Assembly (NCBI RefSeq): GCF_009914755.1
Contig: NC_060931.1
DNA length: 64,000 nt
Origin: the human T2T-CHM13v2.0 reference genome, Homo sapiens
Strand: one strand, 5' to 3'
Shown: positions 31,270-51,124 of the stretch, in pieces
Numbering within the stretch: the stretch's first letter is position 1
Layout: each line of letters begins with the position of its first letter
Program-made: the position numbers and the translations under genes
Notes under the pieces: model-generated
The model's input: the letters and a program-made list of their open reading frames with translations, nothing else
Databases searched by the model: none
Told to the model about the DNA's origin: nothing

Positions 31270-31740
31270 TGTGAGTGCCCTGCTTCATCTCTTGGCATTC
31301 GTCATGACTTTCCAGATGTCTTTCAGTGGCATGTAGCACTAGGTCTTGCCTGAGGGCATTCTTTAACCCTGGAAGCAGGCTGGTGGTGAATTTAAGCTGG
31401 TGGGAAATGGGACAGAGTAGAAATTCTGAGGAGCTGATGCCCTCAGGAGCAACCCTTGTCTAGTGAGGATGTGAGCTGGCAGTAAATACTCCAGCTTGCT
31501 CACCTTCAGGTGGAGAAATTCCAAGGTGTTCCCATGCAGTCTCCCAGCAAAGCCACTGAGGAGCCAAGAGGAGACTTCCAAGAGGGGAAGTGAGCCCTAG
31601 CTGTAAACAGCCAACAGCTCACTAGTGCATCCATTGTCAGCTTCCTTCCCTTCCGTGTCTACTCAGGCAACCTTACCAGTGTTCCTAGGTTTACTTCTCA
31701 CCTTCTGTACTCAAAGTCTGCTTCTCAGGGACACTGGCTT
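31270..31740. mobile_element. LTR16-like ERVL LTR
   Basis: gtaaatactccagcttgctcaccttcaggtggagaaattccaaggtgt. Confidence 0.55.
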
Positions 31741-32729
31741 AATACACCATGCAAACATTAGCCCCCCCAAAGCTAGTATAATTACATCAATATACAAAGT
31801 AGAATCTAAGGCAAGAAGCATCACTAGAGAGTAAGAGGGGTGTTTCTTATATATAAAACGGCCAATCCACCAACAAGATACAATAACTTAAAAATACATG
31901 CACTTGATATTATGGCTTTAAAATATATAAAGTGAAAATTGACAGAAACCAAAAAAAGGAAATAAATCTATTACCAAAATCAAATCTATTACCAAAAAAC
32001 AAATCTATTACCAAAATGCAAGGTGATAACACAGTTCTCTGAATAACTAATAGAATAGGTAGGTGGAAAAAAAGGAAATATGTATGTAGATTTGAACAAC
32101 ACAATTAACAATTGAATATGCATTCTTCCTAAGTGCACGCAGACCATTTACTAACACTGATATTATGTTGGGCCATAAAGCAAATTTCAGAAAATCTCAA
32201 AGGATTGAAATCATACACAGTATGTTTTATGACCATAGTACAATTAAACTTAAAAAATACTATTTGGAAATTGTACAATAATAATGGCAGTGCATGGGTT
32301 AAATGAGAAATTCCAATAAAAACTAGAAAATATTTTCGCTTGAATAATAATGAAAATTCAATATATTAAAACTCATGAGATGTAGCTAAATTTGCATTTG
32401 GGGGTGATTTATGCAATAAATGCATATTTTAGAAAAAAGAAATGTTGAAATGGCAATTGGCTAAGTATAATCAAGAAGTTAGAACAACAGCAAATTAAAC
32501 CCAAAGTAGATGAAAGTCAATTTAAAAAATGAGAAGAAATTAATAAATAGAAAATGAGCATGAAATAGGGAAAAATAAAAAGCTAAAAGTTTATCCTTTG
32601 AAAAGATTAGTAAGATTAATGGACAGCTACAAGGACAGATAAAAACAGAGACAAGTCACAAATTATCAATGTCAGAATGAAAAGGTGTACATCACTACAG
32701 ACAACAGAGATATTAAAAAATAAGAGTGA

Positions 32730-33048
<319 letters not shown>

Positions 33049-33593
33049 CTACTTTATGCCAATAAATTTGGAAATGTAGGGAAAATGAGAAAATTCCTAT
33101 AAAAATAGACCTTACCAAAATTGACAAACAGAAATACGAAACTTAAATAGTTCTATATCTAGTAAAGTAATTGAACGTATAAATTAACACTTTTCCACAA
33201 AAAATTTCCTCAGCCCAGATGACTTCACTAGTGGATTCTTCCTAAAATTCTTCAAGATAAAAGAAAAAGAAGAAACACTTCCCAACATATTTTATGATGC
33301 CAGCAAAACTTTGATATTAAATTCTGAAAAGAACATTACTCAAAAGGAAATTACTTGCCAAGCTCTCTCATGAAATATATATAAGAATTTTTGTAAAAAC
33401 AGTAAATTAAATCCTGTGATATATAAAATGGTTACTACATCGTGACTAAGTGACTTTTAGTCCAGGAATGCGAGAGTGTTAAAATTTGAGAACGAATCAA
33501 CGTAATCAGACACATTAACAAGGTGAAATAGAAAAACCACATGATTATGTCAGTAGATGCAAAAAAGTATTTGATGAGAGTCAAAATCTATTT

Positions 33594-33706
33594 TTTTTCT
33601 TGTCAGATGGGTAATGTGCTGATGATGTAACAAACTTTAAGGAAGGCATATCTCACACATGAGCGTGAAAAAACCCAATCATCACACTTACAAACTACAA
33701 AAGGAT
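33594..33706 (-). pseudogene. U13 snoRNA (SNORD13) processed retrocopy
   Basis: Minus strand ATCCTTTTGTAGTTTGTAAGTGTGATGATTGGGTTTTTTCACGCTCATGTGTGAGAT...GCACATTACCCATCTGACA plus A tail; 13-bp TSD TCAAAATCTATTT (33581-33593, 33708-33720). Confidence 0.9.
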
Positions 33707-34779
33707 CTCAAAATCTATTTGTGATAAAATGTCTTAGCAAATTAGAAATAGAAAAGAATTTTATTAATCTGGAAAAAAGTATATACAAAAAATATAAAAT
33801 ATGGTTAAAATAAAATTTAGAAGTTCTAAGCAAATGGAGAAAAATACTACCTACACCTTCTATATAGATATCCAATTGAATCAGTACCATTTATTTTAAA
33901 AGACCATTCTTCCCCCCTCTATACAGAAACTAAGTCATAATTGAGTCATTAGATATGAATGGATATGTTTTTATATTTCCTAGTATCAACTCTGCACTGT
34001 CTTAATGACTGGAACTTTATAATAAGCCACAATGTCCTGTATGTAGAGTCTCCAGTTTTTTTCTTCTTAAGGTTATCTTGGATATTATGCCCTTTGCATT
34101 TTCACACAAATGTGAGAAACGAATTGTTGACTTCTTAGAAAAACTTTGCTGGGTCTTAACTGGGATTGTATTGAATCTATAATCAATTTGGGTAGAATCT
34201 TTTCAATGTCAGTCCTTTCAATCCATAAATATGTTATTTCCCTTCCTTTGTTTAGAATCTTAAAATTTTCTCTTTCATTTGCTTAGAATTTTAAATTTTT
34301 CTCTTAATGATATTTCATAATTTTTGTGTAAGTTATGGCATAAGGATGGGTAGAGAGTCTTTTTTTTTTTTTTTACTGTAAGACTTTTGTACTGGTTACT
34401 TTGTTTCTATTGAGCATGCTGCTTTTTCACTAAAAAAAAAAAAGGAAAAAATATTAAGTTTGAAACACAAAACGAAACCCACACAAACTACACCCTGGGA
34501 AGTGACCCTGTTGGTTGCCTAACAGCCATCCTCCCATTCTTCTTTGCTGTCACAGCAAATTTTTTTATTTGGGTTTACTCTCAGGGAAAAGCAAATCCAT
34601 CTTGCAATCCAGGGTAAATTCTGACTGATTGAATTCAACTCCTGAGCTCCCATTCCCATTGCTAGAGAACGGGTTAGGCAGAAGCTCAAAACCAGGAAGG
34701 CAGGAGGAAGTGGGAGCTAAGAGCATCCACACAAAGTTCTAGCATTTGTTAAAAAAAAAAAAAGAAAGAAAAATCACAC

Positions 34780-35052
34780 AGAAAAATGCACATTTTGGTA
34801 CAAAAATACAGTTAGAAGGAGTTAGTTCTAGTATTCAATAGTAGGGAGGGAAACTATAGTTAATAATTTATTGTATACATCAAAATGGCTAGAGGAGAAG
34901 CTTTGTAATGTTTCCAACACAGGGAAAAGATACATATTTGAGGTGATGGATATCTGAAGTACTCAGATTTTACCACTGTTCATCATATACAGGTATCAGA
35001 ATATCACACATACCCCCTAAGTATGTAAAACTATTATATATCAATAAAAAAT
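34780..35052 (+). mobile_element. L1MA 3' end inserted in an old MLT1-like LTR (about 34500-35330)
   Basis: gtacaaaaatacagttaga...tttgaggtgatggatat...tatatatcaataaaaa. Confidence 0.75.
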
Positions 35053-37884
35053 GCAAACCTTTCTTCAAATGGATGTTGGTGTATCTGAATGAAACCAAAG
35101 CTGGGGACAAACATTTAACAACCCCTCAGGGAGCTAATCTCCAAGTCAAAGCCATCATGTCTTGATGACAGAGCAGAACGGTGGAGAGAACCTCTGCCTT
35201 GATGACATAATTGAACAGCTGAATTAACTTATAACAGAGATGCCCTATCTTTGGGCTTCTTATTTGGGGAGACAGTTTTCCATTACTTGCCGCCAAGCCA
35301 TCCTAACTGTCATGACACTCTTGCTGTGAAGTGAGCAGCCTTGGAGAAGGAAGATTTAGTGGGAGTTCTTGGACTCTGCATGCTCCTTCATGCTTCCAGA
35401 TGCCAGCTGTCCTTCCAACAGCACACATCTCTGAGAATCATGCCCTAGATCTCCATAGGACCATTTTCCTCGCTCCAGCAGTTAAAGTGGGCCCCTGAAA
35501 GCAGTTGGATGAGGCGTAATGCCTTATAGAGGCCTGTGTTTTCCATCTCTGAGACTCAAGAGAACCAATCTAACAGTGTTTCTCCCATGGTCCTGCTGTT
35601 GCTCGGAGATCTTAGTTTCAGGCCTCGGAATCTATTCTAGTTACTTGAAGCAGAAAGAGACTTATTAAAGGGTAGAGTCTGTAGGGGTGGGTGGCAAAGA
35701 CGCAGGCTCTAGGTTGAGCTTCCAGAAACAACTCCGGAAACCTCACCGCAGAACCAGGCTGCCAAGAACACTGCCGCTCCTGCCTCAGTCAGGAAGTTGC
35801 AGAATCTGGAACCTTCCACCAGGGCCACCTGCTCCAGGCCACACTGCCTCTGCCTCAGTTTGGGCTAGGAAGAGGATGCCCACAGCCTGTTTCTCTCCTT
35901 ATATAACTTATGCCCTTCGTAACTCAGAGTTGTTAAAAACTTTTTTAAAATGCTTAATGGTATAAATGGAGAAAATGGGACATTTCATTAGTGTTATAAT
36001 TCAATTTTGAATCAAAGTCCCAAGCAACTGGATCTGATCTAAATCATATCTGAATTCTATCAGCAAATGAGGTTGGGAAAGTGGTGGTGTCTGGAGTCCT
36101 AGGAGTCTAGAAGTGCCTTTCAGTGGGTCTTGAAGGACATCCAGTCCACACTCTCCACACCAGTCTTTAAAATTGAAATGATACATCCTCATATCAAGCC
36201 TGAAACTTCTTCAAATCCAACTTACCAGAAGAGAAGACAAGACTCTTCAATAAGCCTACAGGCTCATCAGTGCTGTCACCTGAGGTGCAGGTTGCTTTCT
36301 GCAGCATTTGTGTCATCTACACAACAGGAAGTCAATATCTTCCTAGAAAGTCTGCCTTCAATGTGGCAAAATGAACTTGTCATTCCCACAGTCACCTTTA
36401 ATGTTTTATTCTCAGTAAAATAAGGATTCTTCTATTGTATGGGTTGGTAAAACTAGAAGTATGGGACACGTGCTAATAATAATAGAAGACAAACTGTAAC
36501 TGGTCAGAATAACACAAAGCCAGTCTCATCTCAGCACTATGGGTGCTATTTCAGAATCTTCAGTTTGTGCCTGCACATGCAAAGTGGAGGAGAGAATTGC
36601 AGCTATTATCAGAATATATTCAAATCTAAAAAATATATTTTTTCCTGCAATTATATGGATGTTTCAGGTAGATTTTGAGGTAATTTTGGTCCAAATAATC
36701 TTTGTAATTGCCACAGTTCTCTTGTACATGTACTTCTAGATACTGCTAAAAATACATAGCAATAGAAGCAGTGTTATCAATAAACTCTTTCAATTTCACA
36801 GATTCTCTGTGAAAGAAAATGCAGGATCAAGAAATTTCCCTGCTTCCAAATCTAACAAAATGCATAAAATAAGTAAGAATAGCCAAAGGGGGAAAGATGT
36901 TAGGAGCTTTCAAATTAAGGAAGAAGTACCACCATACTATAAGGGTTTAAAAATATCTACAGACAGCAGATTCTGGAAATTGACCGTAGCTTATGCTGGA
37001 CTCCTCCGGAAGCAGTACAGTGGACAAAAATCTGAAGAAACAATGACTGAAAAAGCTCACTGATACCCTTTAATTTGGAAGGAAGCAGGCTAATTGAGAA
37101 ATGGTAGTTGGAGAAGAAGCTCAAAAGAAAAGATTCAGAATCCCTTTAAGTGATTGCCTCTCTATACCAAGAGAGAAAAGTAGATATTCATTTATCAGAG
37201 ATAGGAAGAACTACTAAGAATTGGGATTGGTTTGTTTCACTAGCTGGGAAAATAAAACACAATATGCAAGCAGAAAAGGGACAATAGGGACGAACTCTTT
37301 ATTCATCCATTTTTTTTTCATAACCTTCCTACCTAAATCCCAGAAAGAAGCAGGAGAAGCAAGCAGGGAGAGGAGAGGGGAAAAGAATCACTGAAGGCAG
37401 CTTGTCTTTGAGAGAAGAAAAGGCTCTGAGTTCACCCAGGACCTGATGAACAACCTGAAAGCCACGGGCTTTTATCACAGAATCAGAAATAGCTCCAACT
37501 CTGCAGAGTAAACCTCAGTACAGGATTTTTAACTAACTTATAGAAAAAGCAGTGTCGAAATCCCCCAACTGTGATACCCATAGCCCTGGTTCCACACTTT
37601 CTCCCAGACTTCACTCAGTCCCATCCTTGCCACCATCTCAGACAACAGAAAAGCAAATGTAACACAACTCTTGAATACAGAAGGCCTAAGTTAGCCCTTA
37701 TCTTTGAGATAAGGAGTCAACGAGAGCCCAGATAGCATGGTAAGAAAACAAAGGAAAATCTACTATAAATAGAAAGGTAAAAGTAAGGCCCAAGTAGAGA
37801 TTTCTTTTATTAAAAAATAAATAACTTGAAAATAAAAAAATAACAAAAGTAATAGAGGAAAAAAGTCAAGAATGAGAAGTAGCT

Positions 37885-38330
37885 TGTTAATTAGGAATGC
37901 TTTTGGCTCCAAGTAGCAGAAAACCCAGCTACCAGTGGCTTAAACCATATGGTCATTTATTACTTAATGAGACATCTAAAGGCTGTAAGTCCCAAGACTG
38001 GCTTGGCATCTCACTGATTTTGTCAGGCACCTAGGCCCTTTTGGTCTTTGCATTCTGCCAGCCACAGTGTACTTTCAATATTGCTCTCATGACTGTAGGA
38101 TGGCTACCACAGCTCTCAGCATCACCTCCAAAGTATCATCTCCAAAGCAGAAAGAGAGGGAATTATGGCAAAGGACATGCCTCTTCCTTGACAGAAAGAA
38201 AACCCTTTTTTAGAATCCCCCAGCTGACTTAACCTAATATTTCATTGGCCAGAAACAGGTCAGAAATTCAACCGTTAACCAATCATTAGCAAAGGTGAGA
38301 GAGTTACCATAATTCAGCCCCTTGGCTGGA
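37885..38330 (-). mobile_element. Old MLT1 MaLR LTR
   Basis: gttaattaggaatgcttttggctccaagtagcagaaaaccc...tcattggccagaa. Confidence 0.6.
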
Positions 38331-38371
38331 AATACAGATATCAGGGACCTATTAACAAAGAAGAAGGCAGG

Positions 38372-38635
38372 GGCTGGGAGCAGTGGCCCACGCCTCTAAT
38401 CCCAGCACTTTGGGAGGCTGAGGTGAGTGAATCACTTGAGGTCAGGAGTTCGAGACCAGCCTGGCCAACATGGCGAAACCCCATCTCTACTAAAAATACA
38501 AAAATTAGCTTGGCTTGGTGGTGGGTGCCTGTAATCCCAGCTACTCAGGAGGCTGAGGTTGCAGTGGGCCAAGCCAAGCACTCCAGCCTGGGTGACACAG
38601 CAAGACTCCATCACAAAAAAAAAAAAAAAAAAAAG
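38372..38635 (+). mobile_element. AluS SINE with internal deletions in the right arm
   Basis: ctcaggaggctgaggttgcagtg joins two GAGGC-GAGG motifs; TSD aagaaggcagg. Confidence 0.9.
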
Positions 38636-39355
38636 AAGGCAGGAGAAGCGACTAGGTGGGCAGACAAAATAACAACCATTGTTCGGTTCAAATTACTCAA
38701 ATTTGTTAAGAGAAACACTAGCGGAAATAAAACAGATTATATACTTTCCAATTGCCAAAATAAGAAATAAAAAAAAGATCACAGATCTTAAAGGATAGAA
38801 AACAAAGGAAACACAAGACTACTAAAATAAACCAAAAAAGTAACATAAAGGAAGGTGATGAAATATTAAAAGTATATTCAGCCTAATGAAAAATTACTAG
38901 AAAATCAAAAACACTGAAAAAAGAAAGAAAGAAAGAGACCAATGATGGCAAATGTGGAACAAGCCTTAACTACGTATTAACCCACATTACTAAAGCAGTG
39001 TGGTTCTTATACCTGTATAGGCAGAAAGACCAACGGAATAAAACAGAAAATCCAGAAATCAACACACATAGGAATTTATTACTGTATATGCTAAAGGCGG
39101 CATCCCAAAGCTGGCGGTCATGGGTGAGGGGGCGGGGGAATTATAGACTTCTCAGTAAACAGCATTGAGAAAACTAATTGTCAATATAGAGAAAAAAACC
39201 TTGAAACTTTAATTTATTCACTATATCAGGACAAAAGCTACGTTTTTATGTAAAAAAAGAAAAAGCAAAAGAAAAAGGAAAGAAAAAATAAATTAATCAT
39301 AAAATAAAAGCACAAGAAAAAAAAAAACATGAACAAATTTACTTTTTACCATAGA

Positions 39356-39742
39356 GCAAGGATTGGCAAATCTTTTTCATAAAGTGTCAAATGTTGTAAA
39401 TACTTTAGATTTGTAAGCTACCACCCTCTCCAAACATCTTTCCCCACAACATAAACTGCTCTAGAATATATAGTATTAAATAAGAAATGTTGTCTACTAT
39501 TCTATTTAGTGGTTATACATAGTTCCACCCAAAATATAGTATTTTCTCATCATTCACTGTTATACTGAAAACTTTATGTAGTGTGTATTTGCCACCATTT
39601 TAAAGTCACAACTACTCAGTTATGCCGTTGTGGTGCAAAAGCAACCATAACAAATGAGTGTGGCTGTGTTCCAATAAAACTTTATTTGCAAAAACAGGTG
39701 AGAGACTAGATTTGGTCCTTAGCCCTATTTCACAGACCTCTG
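39356..39742 (+). mobile_element. MER58 (B-like) DNA transposon
   Basis: gagtgtggctgtgttccaataaaactttatttgcaaaaacagg. Confidence 0.75.
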
Positions 39743-39949
39743 CTGTAGAGTGTGGAAGGCCTTTTAAATAAACTAAGAGCTAAAATTCAGAAGCACACAA
39801 GAAAAGATTGATACATTCAACTTTAAATTTAAAACTTCTGTAAGGCAAAAACAACACATTAAAGTCAAAAGATGAGTGACAAACCACAAATTAGTTTTTG
39901 CAACTCATTTCACAAAAGAAGAAACTCTCAAATATATAAAATCTTCTAG

Positions 39950-41120
39950 AAGCTCTCACCTTCAGTGCCACTTTTTCTTTCTTCCTGATCATTCCATCCA
40001 GCAGACCAATATGCTCCCTTTTTCCCCATCTTAAAAGACATTTCTCTTGATGTCATTTCCCTCACCAGTTACTGCCCCTTTTACTACTTTCCTTTGCAGT
40101 GAAACTCCCTGAATTGTCTCCAATATCTTCTTTTTCTCTCTTAAATCCTATCTAGTGTCTTTCCTTCTGCCACTTCTACTGAAACTGCTTTTTGTCAAGA
40201 CTCCCACATTGCTCAAGCCGGTGGTCAATTTTAGCCAGTGGTCAATTTGACTTTACTTTTCAGCAGTTGATGCAGAAGTCCATTTCCTCTTTCTTGAAAA
40301 AACATTTGCACATGACATCTAGAATACCAAATCTCAAACTCTTTTGGTTTTCCTCTACCTCTCTGGTCCCTCATTCTCAGGCTACTTTGCTCTTCCTTTC
40401 TCACCTTCTGGCCTCTCAATGTCAGCTCACTGCAAGACTTGATGTGGACACCTTCTTGCCTCTTTCTCCACTCAATTCCTTGGTCATCTTATCTATTGTC
40501 ATATCTTTAAATGTCATCAAAAGGCAAACAACTCCTGAATTTATTTATCAAGGCCTGATCTCACTCCTTAACTCCAGATTTGGACATACAACTGACATCT
40601 CAGGGTCTAATAGACATCCAAATCTTGACATATCTTCAACTGAGCTCCCAATGCCAACCCCAAACCTACTCCCTGTTACTGTTGGGGGCAACCCCATACT
40701 TTCAGTTACTCTGGCCAAAAAATCTGCAGTCATCCTTGGCTGTCTTCCTTCTTTCTCACAGATTATTTGCTCTATTTTTAACATATATCTGGAATCCAAC
40801 CATTTTTCACCCCTTCCCTGCTACCACTCTGCTCATGCCCTCCTTAGAGTCATCATGTCAGGTTTTCTGTGGTCTCGGATGCTCTGCCCCCGTGATTTGC
40901 GTGGCTCACTCCTTCACCTTCTTCAAGTCTTTGTGACTTTCTGCATAGCACTCATCACTGTCTCACAAACCAAGTCATTTACTTGTAAAATTGTGTCTCT
41001 TATTCATTTTCTGTTTAAACTGTAAGCCTTGTATGTATTTTGTTTTTAAATATATCCCAAATGCTTGGAACAGTTCCTGGCCACAGTAAGCTCTCAAAAT
41101 ATTTATTAAAAGAATGAATA
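39950..41120 (+). mobile_element. L2 LINE 3' portion with RT remnant
   Basis: Remnants LFWFSS, SNRHPNLDISSTEL, AKKSAVIL; ends aaaatatttattaaaagaatgaata. Confidence 0.8.
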
Positions 41121-41504
41121 AAATTGATTTTAAAAAGATCAACAACCCAGAAAAAAGGTCAAAGAATATTTTAGATATTCTTATATAATATCTAATATTA
41201 TATATAATAGAAAATTTTTAAGGAAAGGTAAAAAATGGCTTGTAAATACATGAAAAGATGCTTAATCTCATTTATAATAAAAGAAATGTAATTTAAGATA
41301 ATTCAAAATACCTCTTCCCCTTCCCCCTTTTTTAATTGTCACATTATAAGAATCCAAAATGTGACTATATGTGGTTCAGGCTGTGGGAAAATGACATCTT
41401 TTAGATTGTTAGTGAGAGTGGGACTTTTTAAATCCCCTATGTACAGCAATTTGGCAACTATGTATAAGTTTTACAAATGTCTGTTGAACCCACAATCCCA
41501 CTTT

Positions 41505-41794
41505 GTTTTTTTTCTTTCCCACTCACCTGGGCTGGAGTGAAAAGGAGTGAAGACGGCTCACTGCAAGCTCAACCTCTCAGACTGAAGCGATCCTCCCACT
41601 TCAGCCCCCCAACTAGCTAAGCCTACAGGCTCGTGCCACCACACCCAGCTAGCTTTTTTGTATTTTTAGTAGAGGCAGGGTTTTGCCATGTTCGCTAGCT
41701 CAGATTGGTCTTGAACTCCTGAGCTCAAGTGATCTGCCTGCCTCAGCCTCTCAAAGTGCCTGGGATTACAGGTGTGAGCCATGGTGTCCAGCCT
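41505..41794 (-). mobile_element. AluJ SINE (degenerate) inside an L1ME 3' fragment (about 41130-42270)
   Basis: gatcctcccacttcagcc...cctgagctcaagtgatctgcc; TSD cacaatcccac. Confidence 0.85.
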
Positions 41795-42272
41795 CACAAT
41801 CCCACGTTTGAGAAACTTTCCTACAAATATACATATAAAAAATGACAAATTTATAAAGTTATTAGTTTCGTTACGTTTTAATAACAAAAGACTGGAAACA
41901 AAGTGCACATTATAGAGGACTGGTAAAAGAATTACAATACATCTATACAATGAAATTTTTTCTGTCGAAAATTGTTTTTAACAAAGATTGAAGATGGCTT
42001 TTAGTTCTAAAATGGAAAGATGTCCAAGAGAGAATATTAAATAATAAAATCAAGATGCCAAGCAGTGTGTATAGCATGTTGCATTTGTTTATAAGAAAAG
42101 GAGAAATATAAGAACATATATTAATTTTTGCTTTTATTTGCATAAAGAAAGTTGGGAAACATATGCAAAAAGTTAATAAAAATGATTACCCCAGTGGGAG
42201 GTAGGAAAATGAGATAAATGTTGACAGGGATAGGAGCAAGACTTTCAAGTTGCATCTTTAAAAAAAAATTAC

Positions 42273-42580
<308 letters not shown>

Positions 42581-43837
42581 ATTCAAATGATAATTCAAAA
42601 AATTAATCAAAAGAAATTATGTGTATGCATTAACAAATTTTAAAATAATTTTTTAAACTACATAATATAAATGTACATAGCATAAATTCTCTAAGAGAAA
42701 ATAATCCTCAGATTATTTCTTAAAATTAAACTATTAGATTATCATCCTTTATCATTCTTAAATTTAGTTTAATTTTTATATAATGGATAACGTGGTCTTC
42801 TAGGTTACTAGAAAATATAAATGTTGTGTCCTTATCATCCCTTGCTTCTCTAACATCTAAACTAATTGTGCCATTTCTCTGTCCTATTTTCATAATTTCA
42901 GTTCCACTAAGAAAGTTCCCATCTCAAGAGGATGCTGTTTGATTTCTTGTTATTCACCATCCGTGTGATCCATGGGGGGAAGAAAAGGTATTAAAGAAGA
43001 GAAGCATATTAATGTTATTACTCCTTTCTAACTTTACAGAGTGGCTACTCTTTTAAATTCTTTTGAGACAAACACCTGAAAGAAAATGTTGATATGTGAG
43101 ATAAGCAATAAGCAGTGTTTGAATACATGCATATGTTAAAGGACACCATTAAAATTAAAAATAACTCTAGAAAGGAAACAAAGCATGCAAAATTGCCTTA
43201 TGTGGCTTGCTAGAAGTAAAATAAATGTTGAAAAACTAGAGTTTGTTTCTTAAAAAGCAAGCAGAGCTAAAGGTACGTCTTGCAATCTATAGTTTACTAG
43301 TGACAAACCTCGTATATTGATCTCTATGTCTGACTTCTGACTATTGATCAGTTTCCATGGTGCCATGGTGGCGGCAGGAGTGGTGGGTAGTTGTTATTTG
43401 TTGGACCCCTAAAACCCTAACAAACTTCAGCTACAAGTTATATATATAATCACACGCCAAGTCTCATGATCATTTAACTCATTTTTATTGAGCACCTACT
43501 AAGAGCCAAGTATCTTCCAAGTATACAAGTATGTTATTCTAAGTATGGGGATTTTAATGGTGAGCAAAACGAAACACGTATCCCTGCTCTCAGGGAGCTT
43601 ACAATTATGAAATGTTAGACACATCAAACTAAAAATAACACTTTGACTATATACCTAAATAGACAGTTAGAGCTATCTTTAAAGATAAAGTTCTTTAAAG
43701 GATCTTTAAAGGTAAATTATAAGATATCGTGGGATCATACAATGAGGTGAGTTGGAGAGGAACCTAATCTAGATTGAGGGATCATGGAGAAATGACATAT
43801 AGAGTAAATGTGAAGGATAAGTGGGAGTTCGCTGAAA

Positions 43838-43943
43838 GAGAAAATAGAATGATGAAGAGCCCCGGGCAGGAAGTAGTTTGGCATGCTCAGGAGAAAATAG
43901 AATGAGGAAGAGCCCCGGGCAGGAAGTAGTTTGGCATGCTCAG
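43838..43943. repeat. 53-bp tandem duplication within an L2 fragment
   Basis: gagaaaatagaatga(t/g)gaagagccccgggcaggaagtagtttggcatgctcag x2, one mismatch. Confidence 0.95.
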
Positions 43944-44006
43944 GACCCTCAAATTGTCTATTATGTTTACTTACCTATAGTTTATGTAAAATATTTAAAT
44001 TCTAAA

Positions 44007-44226
44007 TCAACGTTCTGCATACTTTCTATAAAGAGCCAGAAAGTAAATACTTTAGACGTTGTGAGCCATACAGTGTCTGTTGTAACTTCTCAACTTTGTC
44101 ATTGCAGCAAGAAAGCAGCCATAAGCAATATGTAAATGAATAGGTGTGGCTGCATTCTCACAAAACGTTATTTACAAAAACAGGTGGTAGGGAGGTGGCC
44201 CATAGGTTACAGTTTGCCAATCCCTG
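44007..44226 (+). mobile_element. MER58A DNA transposon
   Basis: taaagagccagaaagtaaatactttag...gtgtggctgcattc...cagtttgccaatccctg. Confidence 0.8.
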
Positions 44227-44314
44227 TTCTATCAGGCCCTTCTAAAACTCAGTTATAAACTTCAGTTGCATAAAGATATTTATTTTGATCAATACATATT
44301 TATTGGAAATCTAT

Positions 44315-44734
44315 TGTCTTAATTCATTTGTGTTGCTATAAAAGAATACAGGGTAATTTATAAAGAAAAGAGGTTTATTTGGCTTATGGTTCTGCAGGCT
44401 GTGCAAGAAGCATGGCACTAGCACCTGCTTCTGATGAGAGCCTCAGGCTGCTTCTACTCATGGCAGAAGGTGAAGGGGAGCTGGTGTGTGCAGAAATCGT
44501 GTGCCGAGAGAGCAAGCAAGAGAGAGAGGAGGGAGGTAGTAGGCTCTTTTAAACAACCAGCTCTCACAGGAACTAATAAAGCAAGAACTCATCCATTACT
44601 ACAAGGACAACATAAAGCCATTCATAAGGGTGCTACCCCTATGACCCAAACACTTCCCATTAGGACTCACCTCCAACATTGGGGATCAAATTTCAACATA
44701 ACATTGGAGGGGTCAAAGAAACCAAACTATAGTA
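44315..44734 (-). mobile_element. MST (MSTB-like) MaLR solo LTR
   Basis: gtaatttataaagaaaagaggtttatttggctta; 5-bp TSD TCTAT (44310-44314, 44735-44739). Confidence 0.85.
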
Positions 44735-44965
44735 TCTATTGAGTGCTGGGAATCATAATAGAGATGCATCGTCCCTTCTATTAAGTTAACATAACAAAAT
44801 TTATAGATATTAAACAACTACTAATACAATAACTAAAGAATACATGTAAGATTGAACTGTAGGTATATGTAACTAATGAGAAATTTAGGTCCTGTTAGAG
44901 CATATAATAGGGAACTAATCCAGGCTGGAAGACCAAGAAAATCCTCCATAGAGAAGTGATATTTC

Positions 44966-51124
<6,159 letters not shown>

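Noticed and set aside
31964-32016. Three copies of AAATCTATTACCAAAA
   Set aside because: Local slippage within a decayed L1; no sign of function
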